Source: Mobula hypostoma
Lineage: Eukaryota
Assembly (NCBI RefSeq): GCF_963921235.1
Contig: NC_086108.1
Location: 60,018,001-60,082,000, forward strand
Length of the DNA stretch: 64,000 nucleotides
Direction: 5' to 3'
Under the pieces are notes generated by a model. It saw only the letters and a program-made list of their open reading frames with translations, had not been told where the DNA came from and made no database searches. Below, piece after piece: positions 1 through 15,000 of this stretch (its first letter is position 1; each line of letters begins with the position of its first letter). The position numbers and the translations under genes were made by a program.

Positions 1-3000
1 ACAGGGAAATCACAGGGAGTGACCCACACAGGAAAACAGAGGGAATGACCCAAACAGGGAAATCAAAGGGAATGACCCATGCAGGGAAATCACAGGGAAT
101 GACCCACCAGGGAAATCACAGGGAATGACACACCAGGGAAATCACAGGGAATGACCCGCACAGGGAAATCACAGCGAATGACTCACTCAGGGAAATCACA
201 GGGAATGACCCATTCAGGGAAATCACAGGCAATACCCAAACAGGGAAATCACAGGGAATAACCCACTCAGGGAAATCATAGAGAGTGACCCACTCAGGGA
301 AATCAGAGGGAATGACCCAAGCAGGAAATTACAGGGAATGACCCACACTGGGAAATCACAGGGAATGACCCAGACAGGGAAATCACAGGGACTGACCCAC
401 TCAGGGAAATCACAGGGAATGACACACACAGGGAAATCACAGGGAGTGACCCACTCAGGGAAATCACAGTGAATGACCCATGCAGGGAAATCACAGGGAA
501 TGACCCACGCAGGGAAATCAAAGGGAATAACCAATGCAGGAAAATCACAGGGAATGACCCACGCAGGGAAATCACAGGGAATGACCTACACAGGGAAATC
601 ACAGGGAATGACCCACATAGGGAAATCACAGGGAATGACCCACGCAGGGAAATCACAGGGAATAACCCACGCAGGAAAATGACAGGGAATGACCCACGCA
701 GAGAAATCACAGGGAATGACACAAAGAGGGAAATCACACGGAATGACACACGCAGGGAAATCACAGTGAATGACCCATGCAGGGAAATCACAGGGAATGA
801 CCCATGCAGGGAAATCACAGGGAATGACCTGCGCAGGGAAATCACAGGGAATGACCCACTCAGGGGAATCACAGGGAGTGACCCACTCAGGGAAATCACA
901 GGGAGTGACCCACACAGGGAAACAGATGGAATGACCAATGCAGGGAAATCACAGGGAATGACCCACTTAGGGAAATCACAGGGAATTACCCACACAGGAA
1001 TATCACAGGGAATTACCCACCCAGAGAAATCACAAGGAATGACACACACAGGGAAATCACAGGGAGTGACCCACTCAGGGAAATCACAGGGAATGACCCA
1101 CAGAGGGAAATCACACGGAATTACCCACGCAGGGAAATCACAGTGAATGACCCATGCAGGGAAATCACAGGGAATGACCCACGCAGGGAAATCACAAATA
1201 ATGACCCACTCAGGGAAATCACAGGGAGTGACCCACTCAGGGAAATCACAGGGAGTGACCCATGCAGGGAAATCACAGGGAATGACCCACCCAGGGAAAT
1301 CGCAGGGAATGACCCACCCAGGGAAATCACAGGGAATGACCCACAAAGGGACATCACAGGGAATGACCCACTCAGGGAAATCACAGGGAATGACCCACGC
1401 AGGGAAATCACAGGGAGTGACCCACACAGGAAAACAGAGGGAATGACCCAAAGAGGGAAATCACAGGGAATGACCCATGCAGGGAAATCACAGGGAATGA
1501 CCCACCAGGGAAATCACAGGGAATGACACACCAGGGAAATCACAGGGAATGACCCACACAGGGAAATCACAGCGAATGACTCACTCAGGGAAATCACAGG
1601 GAATGACCCATTCAGGGAAATCACAGGCAATACCCAAACAGGGAAATCACAGGGAATGACCCACTCAGGGAAATCATAGAGAGTGACCCACTCAGGGAAA
1701 TCAGAGGGAATGACCCAAGCAGGAAATTACAGGGAATGACCAACACTGGGAAATCACAGGGAATGACCCAGACAGGGAAATCACAGGGACTGACCCACTC
1801 AGGGAAATCACTGGGAATGACACACACAGGGAAATCACAGTGAGTGACCCACTCAAGGAAATAACAGTGAATGACCCACGCAGGGAAATCAAAGGGAATA
1901 ACCCATGCAGGAAAATCACAGGGAATGACCCACGCAGGGAAATCACAGGGAATGACCTACACAGGGAAATCACAGGGAATGACCCACGCAGAGAAATCAC
2001 AGGGAATGACCTACATAGGCAAATCACAGGGAATGACCCACGCAGGGAAATCACAGGGAATGACACAAAGTGGGAAATCACACGGAATGACCCACGCAGG
2101 GAAAGCACAGTGAATGACCCATGCAGGGAAATCACAGGGAAAGACCCATTCAGGGAAATCACAGGGAGTGACCCACTCAGGGAAATCACAGGGAATGACC
2201 TGCGCAGGGAAATCACAGGGAATGACCCACTCAGGGAAATCACAGGGAGTGACCCACTCAGGGAAATCACAAGGAGTGACCCACACAGGAAAACAGATGG
2301 AATGACCAATGCAGGGAAATCTCAGGGTATGACCCACTCAGGGAAATCACAGGGAATGACCCACACAGGAATATCACAGGGAATTACCCACCCAGGGAAA
2401 TCACAAGGAATGACACACACAGGGAAATCACAGGGAGTGACCCACTCAGGGAAATCACAGGGAGTGACCCAGGCAGGGAAATCACAGGGAATGACCCACC
2501 CAGGGAAATCACAGGGAATGACCCACAAAGGGACATCACAGGGAATGACCCACTCAAGGAAATCACACGGAATGACCCACACAGGGAAATCACAGGGAAT
2601 GACCCACACAGGGACAGGGAATGACCACTCAGCAAAATCACAGGGAATGACCCATTCAGGGAAATCACAGGGATTGACCCAAAGAGGGAAATCACACGGA
2701 ATGACCCACGCCGGGAAATCACAGTGAATGACCCACGCAGGGAAATCACAAGGAATGACCCACTAAGGGAAATCACAGGGAGTGACCCACTCAGGGAAAT
2801 CAGAGGGAATGACCAACGCAGGGAAATCACAGGGAATGACCCACTGAGGGAAATCACAGGGAATGACCCACACAGGAATATCACAGGGAATTACCCACGC
2901 AGGGAAATCACAGGGAATGACACACACAGGGAAATCACAGAGAGTGACCCACTCAGGGAAATCACAGGGAATGACCCAAAGAGGGAAATCACACAGAATG

Positions 3001-6000
3001 ACCCACGCAGGGAAATCACAGGGAATGACCCACGCAGGGAAATCACAGGGAATAACCCACACAGGGAAAACACAGGGAGTGACCCACGCAGGGAAATCAG
3101 AGGGAATGACCAATGCAGGAAAATCAGAGGGAATGACCCACTCAGGGAAATCACAGAGAATGACCCACACAGGGAAATCACAGGGAATTACCCACGCAGG
3201 GAAATCACAGAGAATGACCCAAACAGGGAAATCACAGGGAATGACCCACGCAGGGAAATCAAAGGGAATGACCACGCAGGGAAATTACAGGGAATGATCC
3301 ACGCAGGGAAATCACAGGGAATGACCCACCAGGGAAATCACAGGGAATGACCACGCAGGAAAACCACAGGGAATGATCCACGCAGGGAAATCACAGGGAA
3401 TGACCCACCAGGGAAATCACAGGAAATGACCCACACAGGGAATTCACAGGGAATGACCCACTCAGGGAAATCACAGGGAATGACCCACTCAGCAAAATCA
3501 CAGGGAATGACCCACACAGGGAAATCACAGGGAATGACCCACACAGGGACAGGGAATAACCCACTCAGCAAAATCACAGGGAATGACCCACGCAGGGAAA
3601 TCACAGGGAATGACCACTCAGCAAAATCACAGGGAATGACCCATTCAGGGAAATCACAGGGAATGACCCAAAGAGGGAAATCACACGGAATGACCCACGC
3701 AGGGAAATCACAGTGAATGACCCATGCAGGGAAATCACAGGGAATGACCCACACAGGGAAATCACAGGGAGTGACCCACGCAGGGAAATCAGAGGGAATG
3801 ACCAATGCAGGAAAATCAGAGGGAATGACCCACTCAGGGAAATCACAGGGAATGACCCACACAGGGAAATCACAGGGAATTACCCACACAGGGAAATCAC
3901 AGGGAATGACCCACGCAGGGAAAGCACAGGGAATGACCGAAACAGATAAATCACAGGGAATGACCCACGCAGGGAAATCACAGGGAATGACCACTCAGCA
4001 AAATCACAGGGAATGACCCATTCAGGAAAATCACAGGGAATGACCCAAAGAGGGAAATCACATGGAATGACCCACGCCGGGAAATCACACTGAATGACCC
4101 ATGCAGGGAAATCACAGGTAATGACCAACGCAGGGAAATCACAGGGAATGACCCACACAGGGAAAACACACGGAGTGACCCACGCAGGGAAATCAGAGGG
4201 AATGAGCAATGCAGGAAAATCAGAGGGAATGACCCACTCAGGGAAATCACAGGGAATGACCCACACAGGGAAATCACAGGGAATTACCCACGCAGGGAAA
4301 TCACAGGTAATGACCAACGCAGGGAAATCACAGGGAATGACACAAAGAGGGAAATCACTGGGAATGACCCACGCAGGAAAATCACAGTGAATGACCCATG
4401 CAGGGAAATCACAGGGAATGACCCACGCAGGGAAATCACAGGGAATGACCTGCGCAGGGAAATCACAGGGAGTGACCCACTCAGGGAAATCACAGGGAGT
4501 GACCCACTCAGGGAAATCAGAGGGAATGACCAACGCAGGGAAATCACAGGGAATGACCCACTCAGGGAAATCACAGGGAATGACCCACACAGGAATATCA
4601 CAGAGAATTACCCACGCAGGGAAATCACAGGGAATGACACACACAGGGAAATCACAGAGAGTGACCCACACAAGAAAACAGATGGAATGACCAACGCAGG
4701 GAAATCACAGGGAATGACCAACTCAGGGAAATCACAGGGAATGACCCACACAGGAATATCACAGGGAATTACCCACCCAGGGAAATCACAAGGAATGACA
4801 CACACAGGGAAATCACAGGGAGTGACCCACTCAGAGAAATCACAGGGAATGACCCACAGAGGGAAATAACACGGAATTACCCACGCAGGGAAATCACAGT
4901 GAATGACCCATGCAGGAAAATCACAGGGAATGACCCACTCAGGGAAATCACAGGGAGTGACCCACTCAGGGAAATCACAGGGAGTGACCCATGCAGGGAA
5001 ATCACAGGGAATGACCCACCCAGGGAAATCGCAGGGAATGACCCACCCAGGGAAATCACAGGGAATGACCCACAAAGGGACATCACAGAGAATGACCCAC
5101 TCAAGGAAATCACAGGGAATGACCCACACAGGGAAATCACAGGGAATGACCCACACAGGGACAAGGAATGACCACTCAGCAAAATCACAGGGAATGACCC
5201 ATTCAGGGAAATCACAGGGAATGACCCAAAGAGGGAAATCACACGGAATGACCCACGCCGGGAAATCACAGTGAATGACCCACGCAGGGAAATCACAGGG
5301 AATGACCCACTCAGGGAAATCACAGGGAGTGACCCACTCAGGGAAATCAGAGGGAATGACCAGCGCAGGGAAATCACAGGGAATGACCCACTCAGGGAAA
5401 TCACAGGGAATGACCCACACAGGAATATCACAGGGAATTACCAACGCAGGGAAATCACAGGGAATGACACACACAGGGAAATCACAGAGAGTGACCCACT
5501 CAGGGAAATCACAGTGAATGACCCAAAGAGGGAAATCACACGGAATGACCCACGCAGGGAAATCACAGTGAATGACCCATGCAGGGAAATCACAGGGAAT
5601 GACCCACACAGGGAAATCACAGGGAGTGACCCACGCAGGGAAATCAGAGGGAATGACCAATGCAGGAAAATCAGAGGGAATGACCCACTCAGGGAAATCA
5701 CAGGGAATGACCCACACAGGGAAATCACAGGGAATTACCCACACAGGGAAATCACAGGGAATGACCCACGCAGGGAAAGCACAGGGAATGACCGAAACAG
5801 ATAAATCACAGGGAATGACCCACGCAGGGAAATCACAGGGAATGACCACTCAGCAAAATCACAGGGAATGACCCATTCAGGAAAATCACAGGGAATGACC
5901 CAAAGAGGGAAATCACATGGAATGACCCACGCCGGGAAATCACACTGAATGACCCATGCAGGGAAATCACAGGTAATGACCAACGCAGGGAAATCACAGG

Positions 6001-9000
6001 GAATGACCCACACAGGGAAAACACACGGAGTGACCCACGCAGGGAAATCAGAGGGAATGAGCAATGCAGGAAAATCAGAGGGAATGACCCACTCAGGGAA
6101 ATCACAGGGAATGACCCACACAGGGAAATCACAGGGAATTACCCACGCAGGGAAATCACAGGTAATGACCAACGCAGGGAAATCACAGGGAATGACACAC
6201 AGAGGGAAATCACTGGGAATGACCCACGCAGGAAAATCACAGTGAATGACCCATGCAGGGAAATCACAGGGAATGACCCACGCAGGGAAATCACAGGGAA
6301 TGACCTGCGCAGGGAAATCACAGGGAGTGACCCACTCAGGGAAATCACAGGGAGTGACCCACTCAGGGAAATCAGAGGGAATGACCAACGCAGGGAAATC
6401 ACAGGGAATGACCCACTCAGGGAAATCACAGGGAATGACCCACACAGGAATATCACAGAGAATTACCCACGCAGGGAAATCACAGGGAATGACACACACA
6501 GGGAAATCACAGAGAGTGACCCACACAAGAAAACAGATGGAATGACCAACGCAGGGAAATCACAGGGAATGACCCACTCAGGGAAATCACAGGGAATAAC
6601 CCACACAGGAATATCACAGGGAATTACCCACCCAGGGAAATCACAAGGAATGACACACACAGGGAAATCACAGGGAGTGACCCACTCAGAGAAATCACAG
6701 GGAATGACCCACAGAGGGAAATAACACGGAATTACCCACGCAGGGAAATCACAGTGAATGACCCATGCAGGAAAATCACAGGGAATGACCCACTCAGGGA
6801 AATCACAGGGAGTGACCCACTCAGGGAAATCACAGGGAGTGACCCATGCAGGGAAATCACAGGGAATGACCCACCCAGGGAAATCGCAGGGAATGACCCA
6901 CCCAGGGAAATCACAGGGAATGACCCACAAAGGGACATCACAGAGAATGACCCACTCAAGGAAATCACAGGGAATGACCCACACAGGGAAATCACAGGGA
7001 ATGACCCACACAGGGACAAGGAATGACCACTCAGCAAAATCACAGGGAATGACCCATTCAGGGAAATCACAGGGAATGACCCAAAGAGGGAAATCACACG
7101 GAATGACCCACGCCGGGAAATCACAGTGAATGACCCACGCAGGGAAATCACAGGGAATGACCCACTCAGGGAAATCACAGGGAGTGACCCACTCAGGGAA
7201 ATCAGAGGGAATGACCAGCGCAGGGAAATCACAGGGAATGACCCACTCAGGGAAATCACAGGGAATGACCCACACAGGAATATCACAGGGAATTACCAAC
7301 GCAGGGAAATCACAGGGAATGACACACACAGGGAAATCACAGAGAGTGACCCACTCAGGGAAATCACAGGGAATGACCCAAAGAGGGAAATCACACAGAA
7401 TGACCCACGCAGGGAAATCACAGTGAATGACCCATGCAGGGAAATCACAGGGAATGACCCACACAGGGAAATCACAGGGAATGACCCACACAGGGAAAAC
7501 ACAGGGAGTGACCCACGCAGGGAAATCAGAGGGAATGACCAATGCAGGAAAATCAGAGGGAATGACCCACTCAGGGAAATCACAGAGAATGACCCACACA
7601 GGGAAATCACAGGGAATTACCCACGCAGGGAAATCACAGAGAATGACCCAAACAGGGAAATCACAGGGAATGACCCACGCAGGGAAATCAAAGGGTATGA
7701 CCCACCAGGGAAATCAAAGGGAATGACCATGCAGGGAAACCATAGGGAATGATCCACGCAGGGAAATCACAGGGAATGACCCACCAGGGAAATCAGAGGG
7801 AATGACCCACACAGGGAAATCACAGGGAATGACCCACTCAGCAAAATCACAGGGAATGACCCACACAGGGAAATCACAGGGAATGACCCACACAGGGACA
7901 GGGAATAACCCACTCAGCAAAATCACAGGGAATAACCCACGCAGGTAAATCACAGGGAATGACCACTCAGCAAAATCACAGGGAATGACCCATTCAGGGA
8001 AATCACAGGGAATGACGCAAAGAGGGAAATCACACGGAATGACCGACTCAGGGAAATCACAGGGAGTGACCCACGCAGGGAAATCACAGGGAAATCACAG
8101 AGAGTGACCCACTCAGGGAAATCACAGTGAATGACCCAAAGAGGGAAATCACACGCAATGACCCACGCAGGGAAATCACAGTGAATGACCAATGCAGGGA
8201 AATCACAGGGAATGACCCACACAGGGAAAACACAGGGAGTGACCCACTCAGGGAAATCACAGGGAATGACACACACAGGGAAATCACAGGGAATTACCCA
8301 CGCAGGGAAATCACAGGGAATGACCCACGCAGGGAAAGCACAGGGAATGACCCAAACAGGAAAATCACAGGGAATGACCCACGCAGGGAAATCACAGGGA
8401 ATGACCACTCAGCAAAATCACAGGGAATGACCCATTCAGGAAAATCACAGGGAATGACCCAAAGAGGGAAATCACATGGAATGACCCACTCAGGGAAATC
8501 ACAGTGAATGAGCCACGCAGGGAAATCACAGGGAATGACACACTCAGGGAAATCACAGGGAGTGACCCACGCAGGGAAATCACAGGGAGTGATCCACGCA
8601 GGAAAACAGAGGGAATGACCAATGCAGGGAAATCACAGGGATTGACCCACACAGGGAAATCACAGGGAATGACCCACACAGGGACAGGGAATAACCCACT
8701 CAGCAAAATCACAGGGAATGACCCACGCAGGGAAATCACAGGGAATGACCACTCAGCAAAATCACAGGGAATGACCCATTCAGGGAAATCACAGGAGTGA
8801 CCCACTCAGGGAAATCAGAGGGAATGACCAACGCAGGGAAATCACAGGGAATGACCCACTCAGGAAAATCAGAGGGAATGACCCACACAGGAATATCACA
8901 GGGAATGACACACAGAGGGAAATCACAGAGAGTGACCCACTCAGGGAAATCACAGTGAATGACCCATGCAGGGAAATCACAGGGAATGACCCACGTAGGG

Positions 9001-12000
9001 AAATCACAGGGAATGACCCACACAGGGAAAACACAGGGAGTGACCCATGCAGGGAAATTAGAGGGAATGAGCAATGCAGGAAAATCAGAGGGAATGACCC
9101 ACTCAGGGAAATCACAGGGAATGACCCACACAGGGAAATCACAGGGAATTATCCACGCAGGGAAATCACAGGGAATGACCCACGCAGGGAAAGCACAGGG
9201 AATGACCAAAACAGGGAAATCACAGGGAATGACCCACGCAGGGAAATCACAGTGAATGACCCATGCAGGGAAATCACAGGGAATGACCCACGCAGGGAAA
9301 TCAAAGGGAATAACCAATGCAGGAAAATCACAGGGAATGACCCACGCAGGGAAATCACAGGGAATGACCTACACAGGGAAATCACAGGGAATGACCCACA
9401 TAGGGAAATCACAGGGAATGACCCACGCAGGGAAATCACAGGGAATAACCCACGCAGGAAAATGACAGGGAATGACCCACGCAGAGAAATCACAGGGAAT
9501 GACACAAAGAGGGAAATCACACGGAATGACACACGCAGGGAAATCACAGTGAATGACCCATGCAGGGAAATCACAGGGAATGACCCATGCAGGGAAATCA
9601 CAGGGAATGACCTGCGCAGGGAAATCACAGGGAATGACCCACTCAGGGGAATCACAGGGAGTGACCCACTCAGGGAAATCACAGGGAGTGACCCACACAG
9701 GGAAACAGATGGAATGACCAATGCAGGGAAATCACAGGGAATGACCCACTTAGGGAAATCACAGGGAATTACCCACACAGGAATATCACAGGGAATTACC
9801 CACCCAGAGAAATCACAAGGAATGACACACACAGGGAAATCACAGGGAGTGACCCACTCAGGGAAATCACAGGGAATGACCCACAGAGGGAAATCACACG
9901 GAATTACCCACGCAGGGAAATCACAGTGAATGACCCATGCAGGGAAATCACAGGGAATGACCCACGCAGGGAAATCACAGATAATGACCCACTCAGGGAA
10001 ATCACAGGGAGTGACCCACTCAGGGAAATCACAGGGAGTGACCCATGCAGGGAAATCACAGGGAATGACCCACCCAGGGAAATCGCAGGGAATGACCCAC
10101 CCAGGGAAATCACAGGGAATGACCCACAAAGGGACATCACAGGGAATGACCCAAACAGGGAAATCACAGGGAATGACCCACGCAGGGAAATCAAAGGGAA
10201 TGACCACGCAGGGAAATTACAGGGAATGATCCACGCAGGGAAATCACAGGGAATGACCCACCAGGGAAATCACAGGGAATGACCACGCAGGAAAACCACA
10301 GGGAATGATCCACGCAGGGAAATCACAGGGAATGACCCACCAGGGAAATCACAGGAAATGACCCACACAGGGAATTCACAGGGAATGACCCACTCAGGGA
10401 AATCACAGGGAATGACCCACTCAGCAAAATCACAGGGAATGACCCACACAGGGAAATCACAGGGAATGACCCACACAGGGACAGGGAATAACCCACTCAG
10501 CAAAATCACAGGGAATGACCCACGCAGGGAAATCACAGGGAATGACCACTCAGCAAAATCACAGGGAATGACCCATTCAGGGAAATCACAGGGAATGACC
10601 CAAAGAGGGAAATCACACGGAATGACCAACTCAGGGAAATCACAGAGAGTGACCCACTCAGGGAAATCACAGTGAATGACCCAAAGAGGGAAATCACACG
10701 GAATGACCCACGCAGGGAAATCACAGTGAATGACCCATGCAGGGAAATCACAGGGAATGACCCACACAGGGAAATCACAGGGAGTGACCCACGCAGGGAA
10801 ATCAGAGGGAATGACCAATGCAGGAAAATCAGAGGGAATGACCCACTCAGGGAAATCACAGGGAATGACCCACACAGGGAAATCACAGGGAATTACCCAC
10901 ACAGGGAAATCACAGGGAATGACCCACGCAGGGAAAGCACAGGGAATGACCGAAACAGATAAATCACAGGGAATGACCCACGCAGGGAAATCACAGGGAA
11001 TGACCACTCAGCAAAATCACAGGGAATGACCCATTCAGGAAAATCACAGGGAATGACCCAAAGAGGGAAATCACATGGAATGACCCACGCCGGGAAATCA
11101 CACTGAATGACCCATGCAGGGAAATCACAGGTAATGACCAACGCAGGGAAATCACAGGGAATGACCCACACAGGGAAAACACACGGAGTGACCCACGCAG
11201 GGAAATCAGAGGGAATGAGCAATGCAGGAAAATCAGAGGGAATGACCCACTCAGGGAAATCACAGGGAATGACCCACACAGGGAAATCACAGGGAATTAC
11301 CCACGCAGGGAAATCACAGGTAATGACCAACGCAGGGAAATCACAGGGAATGACACAAAGAGGGAAATCACTGGGAATGACCCACGCAGGAAAATCACAG
11401 TGAATGACCCATGCAGGGAAATCACAGGGAATGACCCACGCAGGGAAATCACAGGGAATGACCTGCGCAGGGAAATCACAGGGAGTGACCCACTCAGGGA
11501 AATCACAGGGAGTGACCCACTCAGGGAAATCAGAGGGAATGACCAACGCAGGGAAATCACAGGGAATGACCCACTCAGGGAAATCACAGGGAATGACCCA
11601 CACAGGAATATCACAGAGAATTACCCACGCAGGGAAATCACAGGGAATGACACACACAGGGAAATCACAGAGAGTGACCCACACAAGAAAACAGATGGAA
11701 TGACCAACGCAGGGAAATCACAGGGAATGACCCACTCAGGGAAATCACAGGGAATGACCCACACAGGAATATCACAGGGAATTACCCACCCAGGGAAATC
11801 ACAAGGAATGACACACACAGGGAAATCACAGGGAGTGACCCACTCAGAGAAATCACAGGGAATGACCCACAGAGGGAAATAACACGGAATTACCCACGCA
11901 GGGAAATCACAGTGAATGACCCATGCAGGTAAATCACAGGGAATGACCCACTCAGGGAAATCACAGGGAGTGACCCACTCAGGGAAATCACAGGGAGTGA

Positions 12001-15000
12001 CCCATGCAGGGAAATCACAGGGAATGACCCACCCAGGGAAATCGCAGGGAATGACCCACCCAGGGAAATCACAGGGAATGACCCACAAAGGGACATCACA
12101 GAGAATGACCCACTCAAGGAAATCACAGGGAATGACCCACACAGGGAAATCACAGGGAATGACCCACACAGGGACAAGGAATGACCACTCAGCAAAATCA
12201 CAGGGAATGACCCATTCAGGGAAATCACAGGGAATGACCCAAAGAGGGAAATCACACGGAATGACCCACGCCGGGAAATCACAGTGAATGACCCACGCAG
12301 GGAAATCACAGGGAATGACCCACTCAGGGAAATCACAGGGAGTGACCCACTCAGGGAAATCAGAGGGAATGACCAGCGCAGGGAAATCACAGGGAATGAC
12401 CCACTCAGGGAAATCACAGGGAATGACCCACACAGGAATATCACAGGGAATTACCAACGCAGGGAAATCACAGGGAATGACACACACAGGGAAATCACAG
12501 AGAGTGACCCACTCAGGGAAATCACAGGGAATGACCCAAAGAGGGAAATCACACAGAATGACCCACGCAGGGAAATCACAGTGAATGACCCATGCAGGGA
12601 AATCACAGGGAATGACCCACACAGGGAAATCACAGGGAATGACCCACACAGGGAAAACACAGGGAGTGACCCACGCAGGGAAATCAGAGGGAATGACCAA
12701 TGCAGGAAAATCAGAGGGAATGACCCACTCAGGGAAATCACAGAGAATGACCCACACAGGGAAATCACAGGGAATTACCCACGCAGGGAAATCACAGAGA
12801 ATGACCCAAACAGGGAAATCACAGGGAATGACCCACGCAGGGAAATCAAAGGGTATGACCCACCAGGGAAATCAAAGGGAATGACCATGCAGGGAAACCA
12901 TAGGGAATGATCCACGCAGGGAAATCACAGGGAATGACCCACCAGGGAAATCAGAGGGAATGACCCACACAGGGAAATCACAGGGAATGACCCACTCAGC
13001 AAAATCACAGGGAATGACCCACACAGGGAAATCACAGGGAATGACCCACACAGGGACAGGGAATAACCCACTCAGCAAAATCACAGGGAATAACCCACGC
13101 AGGTAAATCACAGGGAATGACCACTCAGCAAAATCACAGGGAATGACCCATTCAGGGAAATCACAGGGAATGACGCAAAGAGGGAAATCACACGGAATGA
13201 CCGACTCAGGGAAATCACAGGGAGTGACCCACGCAGGGAAATCACAGGGAAATCACAGAGAGTGACCCACTCAGGGAAATCACAGTGAATGACCCAAAGA
13301 GGGAAATCACACGCAATGACCCACGCAGGGAAATCACAGTGAATGACCAATGCAGGGAAATCACAGGGAATGACCCACACAGGGAAAACACAGGGAGTGA
13401 CCCACTCAGGGAAATCACAGGGAATGACACACACAGGGAAATCACAGGGAATTACCCACGCAGGGAAATCACAGGGAATGACCCACGCAGGGAAAGCACA
13501 GGGAATGACCCAAACAGGAAAATCACAGGGAATGACCCACGCAGGGAAATCACAGGGAATGACCACTCAGCAAAATCACAGGGAATGACCCATTCAGGAA
13601 AATCACAGGGAATGACCCAAAGAGGGAAATCACATGGAATGACCCACTCAGGGAAATCACAGTGAATGAGCCACGCAGGGAAATCACAGGGAATGACACA
13701 CTCAGGGAAATCACAGGGAGTGACCCACGCAGGGAAATCACAGGGAGTGATCCACGCAGGAAAACAGAGGGAATGACCAATGCAGGGAAATCACAGGGAT
13801 TGACCCACACAGGGAAATCACAGGGAATGACCCACACAGGGACAGGGAATAACCCACTCAGCAAAATCACAGGGAATGACCCACGCAGGGAAATCACAGG
13901 GAATGACCACTCAGCAAAATCACAGGGAATGACCCATTCAGGGAAATCACAGGAGTGACCCACTCAGGGAAATCAGAGGGAATGACCAACGCAGGGAAAT
14001 CACAGGGAATGACCCACTCAGGAAAATCAGAGGGAATGACCCACACAGGAATATCACAGGGAATGACACACAGAGGGAAATCACAGAGAGTGACCCACTC
14101 AGGGAAATCACAGTGAATGACCCATGCAGGGAAATCACAGGGAATGACCCACGTAGGGAAATCACAGGGAATGACCCACACAGGGAAAACACAGGGAGTG
14201 ACCCATGCAGGGAAATTAGAGGGAATGAGCAATGCAGGAAAATCAGAGGGAATGACCCACTCAGGGAAATCACAGGGAATGACCCACACAGGGAAATCAC
14301 AGGGAATTATCCACGCAGGGAAATCACAGGGAATGACCCACGCAGGGAAAGCACAGGGAATGACCAAAACAGGGAAATCACAGGGAATGACCCACGCAGG
14401 GAAATCACAGTGAATGACCCATGCAGGGAAATCACAGGGAATGACCCACGCAGGGAAATCAAAGGGAATAACCAATGCAGGAAAATCACAGGGAATGACC
14501 CACGCAGGGAAATCACAGGGAATGACCTACACAGGGAAATCACAGGGAATGACCCACATAGGGAAATCACAGGGAATGACCCACGCAGGGAAATCACAGG
14601 GAATAACCCACGCAGGAAAATGACAGGGAATGACCCACGCAGAGAAATCACAGGGAATGACACAAAGAGGGAAATCACACGGAATGACACACGCAGGGAA
14701 ATCACAGTGAATGACCCATGCAGGGAAATCACAGGGAATGACCCATGCAGGGAAATCACAGGGAATGACCTGCGCAGGGAAATCACAGGGAATGACCCAC
14801 TCAGGGGAATCACAGGGAGTGACCCACTCAGGGAAATCACAGGGAGTGACCCACACAGGGAAACAGATGGAATGACCAATGCAGGGAAATCACAGGGAAT
14901 GACCCACTTAGGGAAATCACAGGGAATTACCCACACAGGAATATCACAGGGAATTACCCACCCAGAGAAATCACAAGGAATGACACACACAGGGAAATCA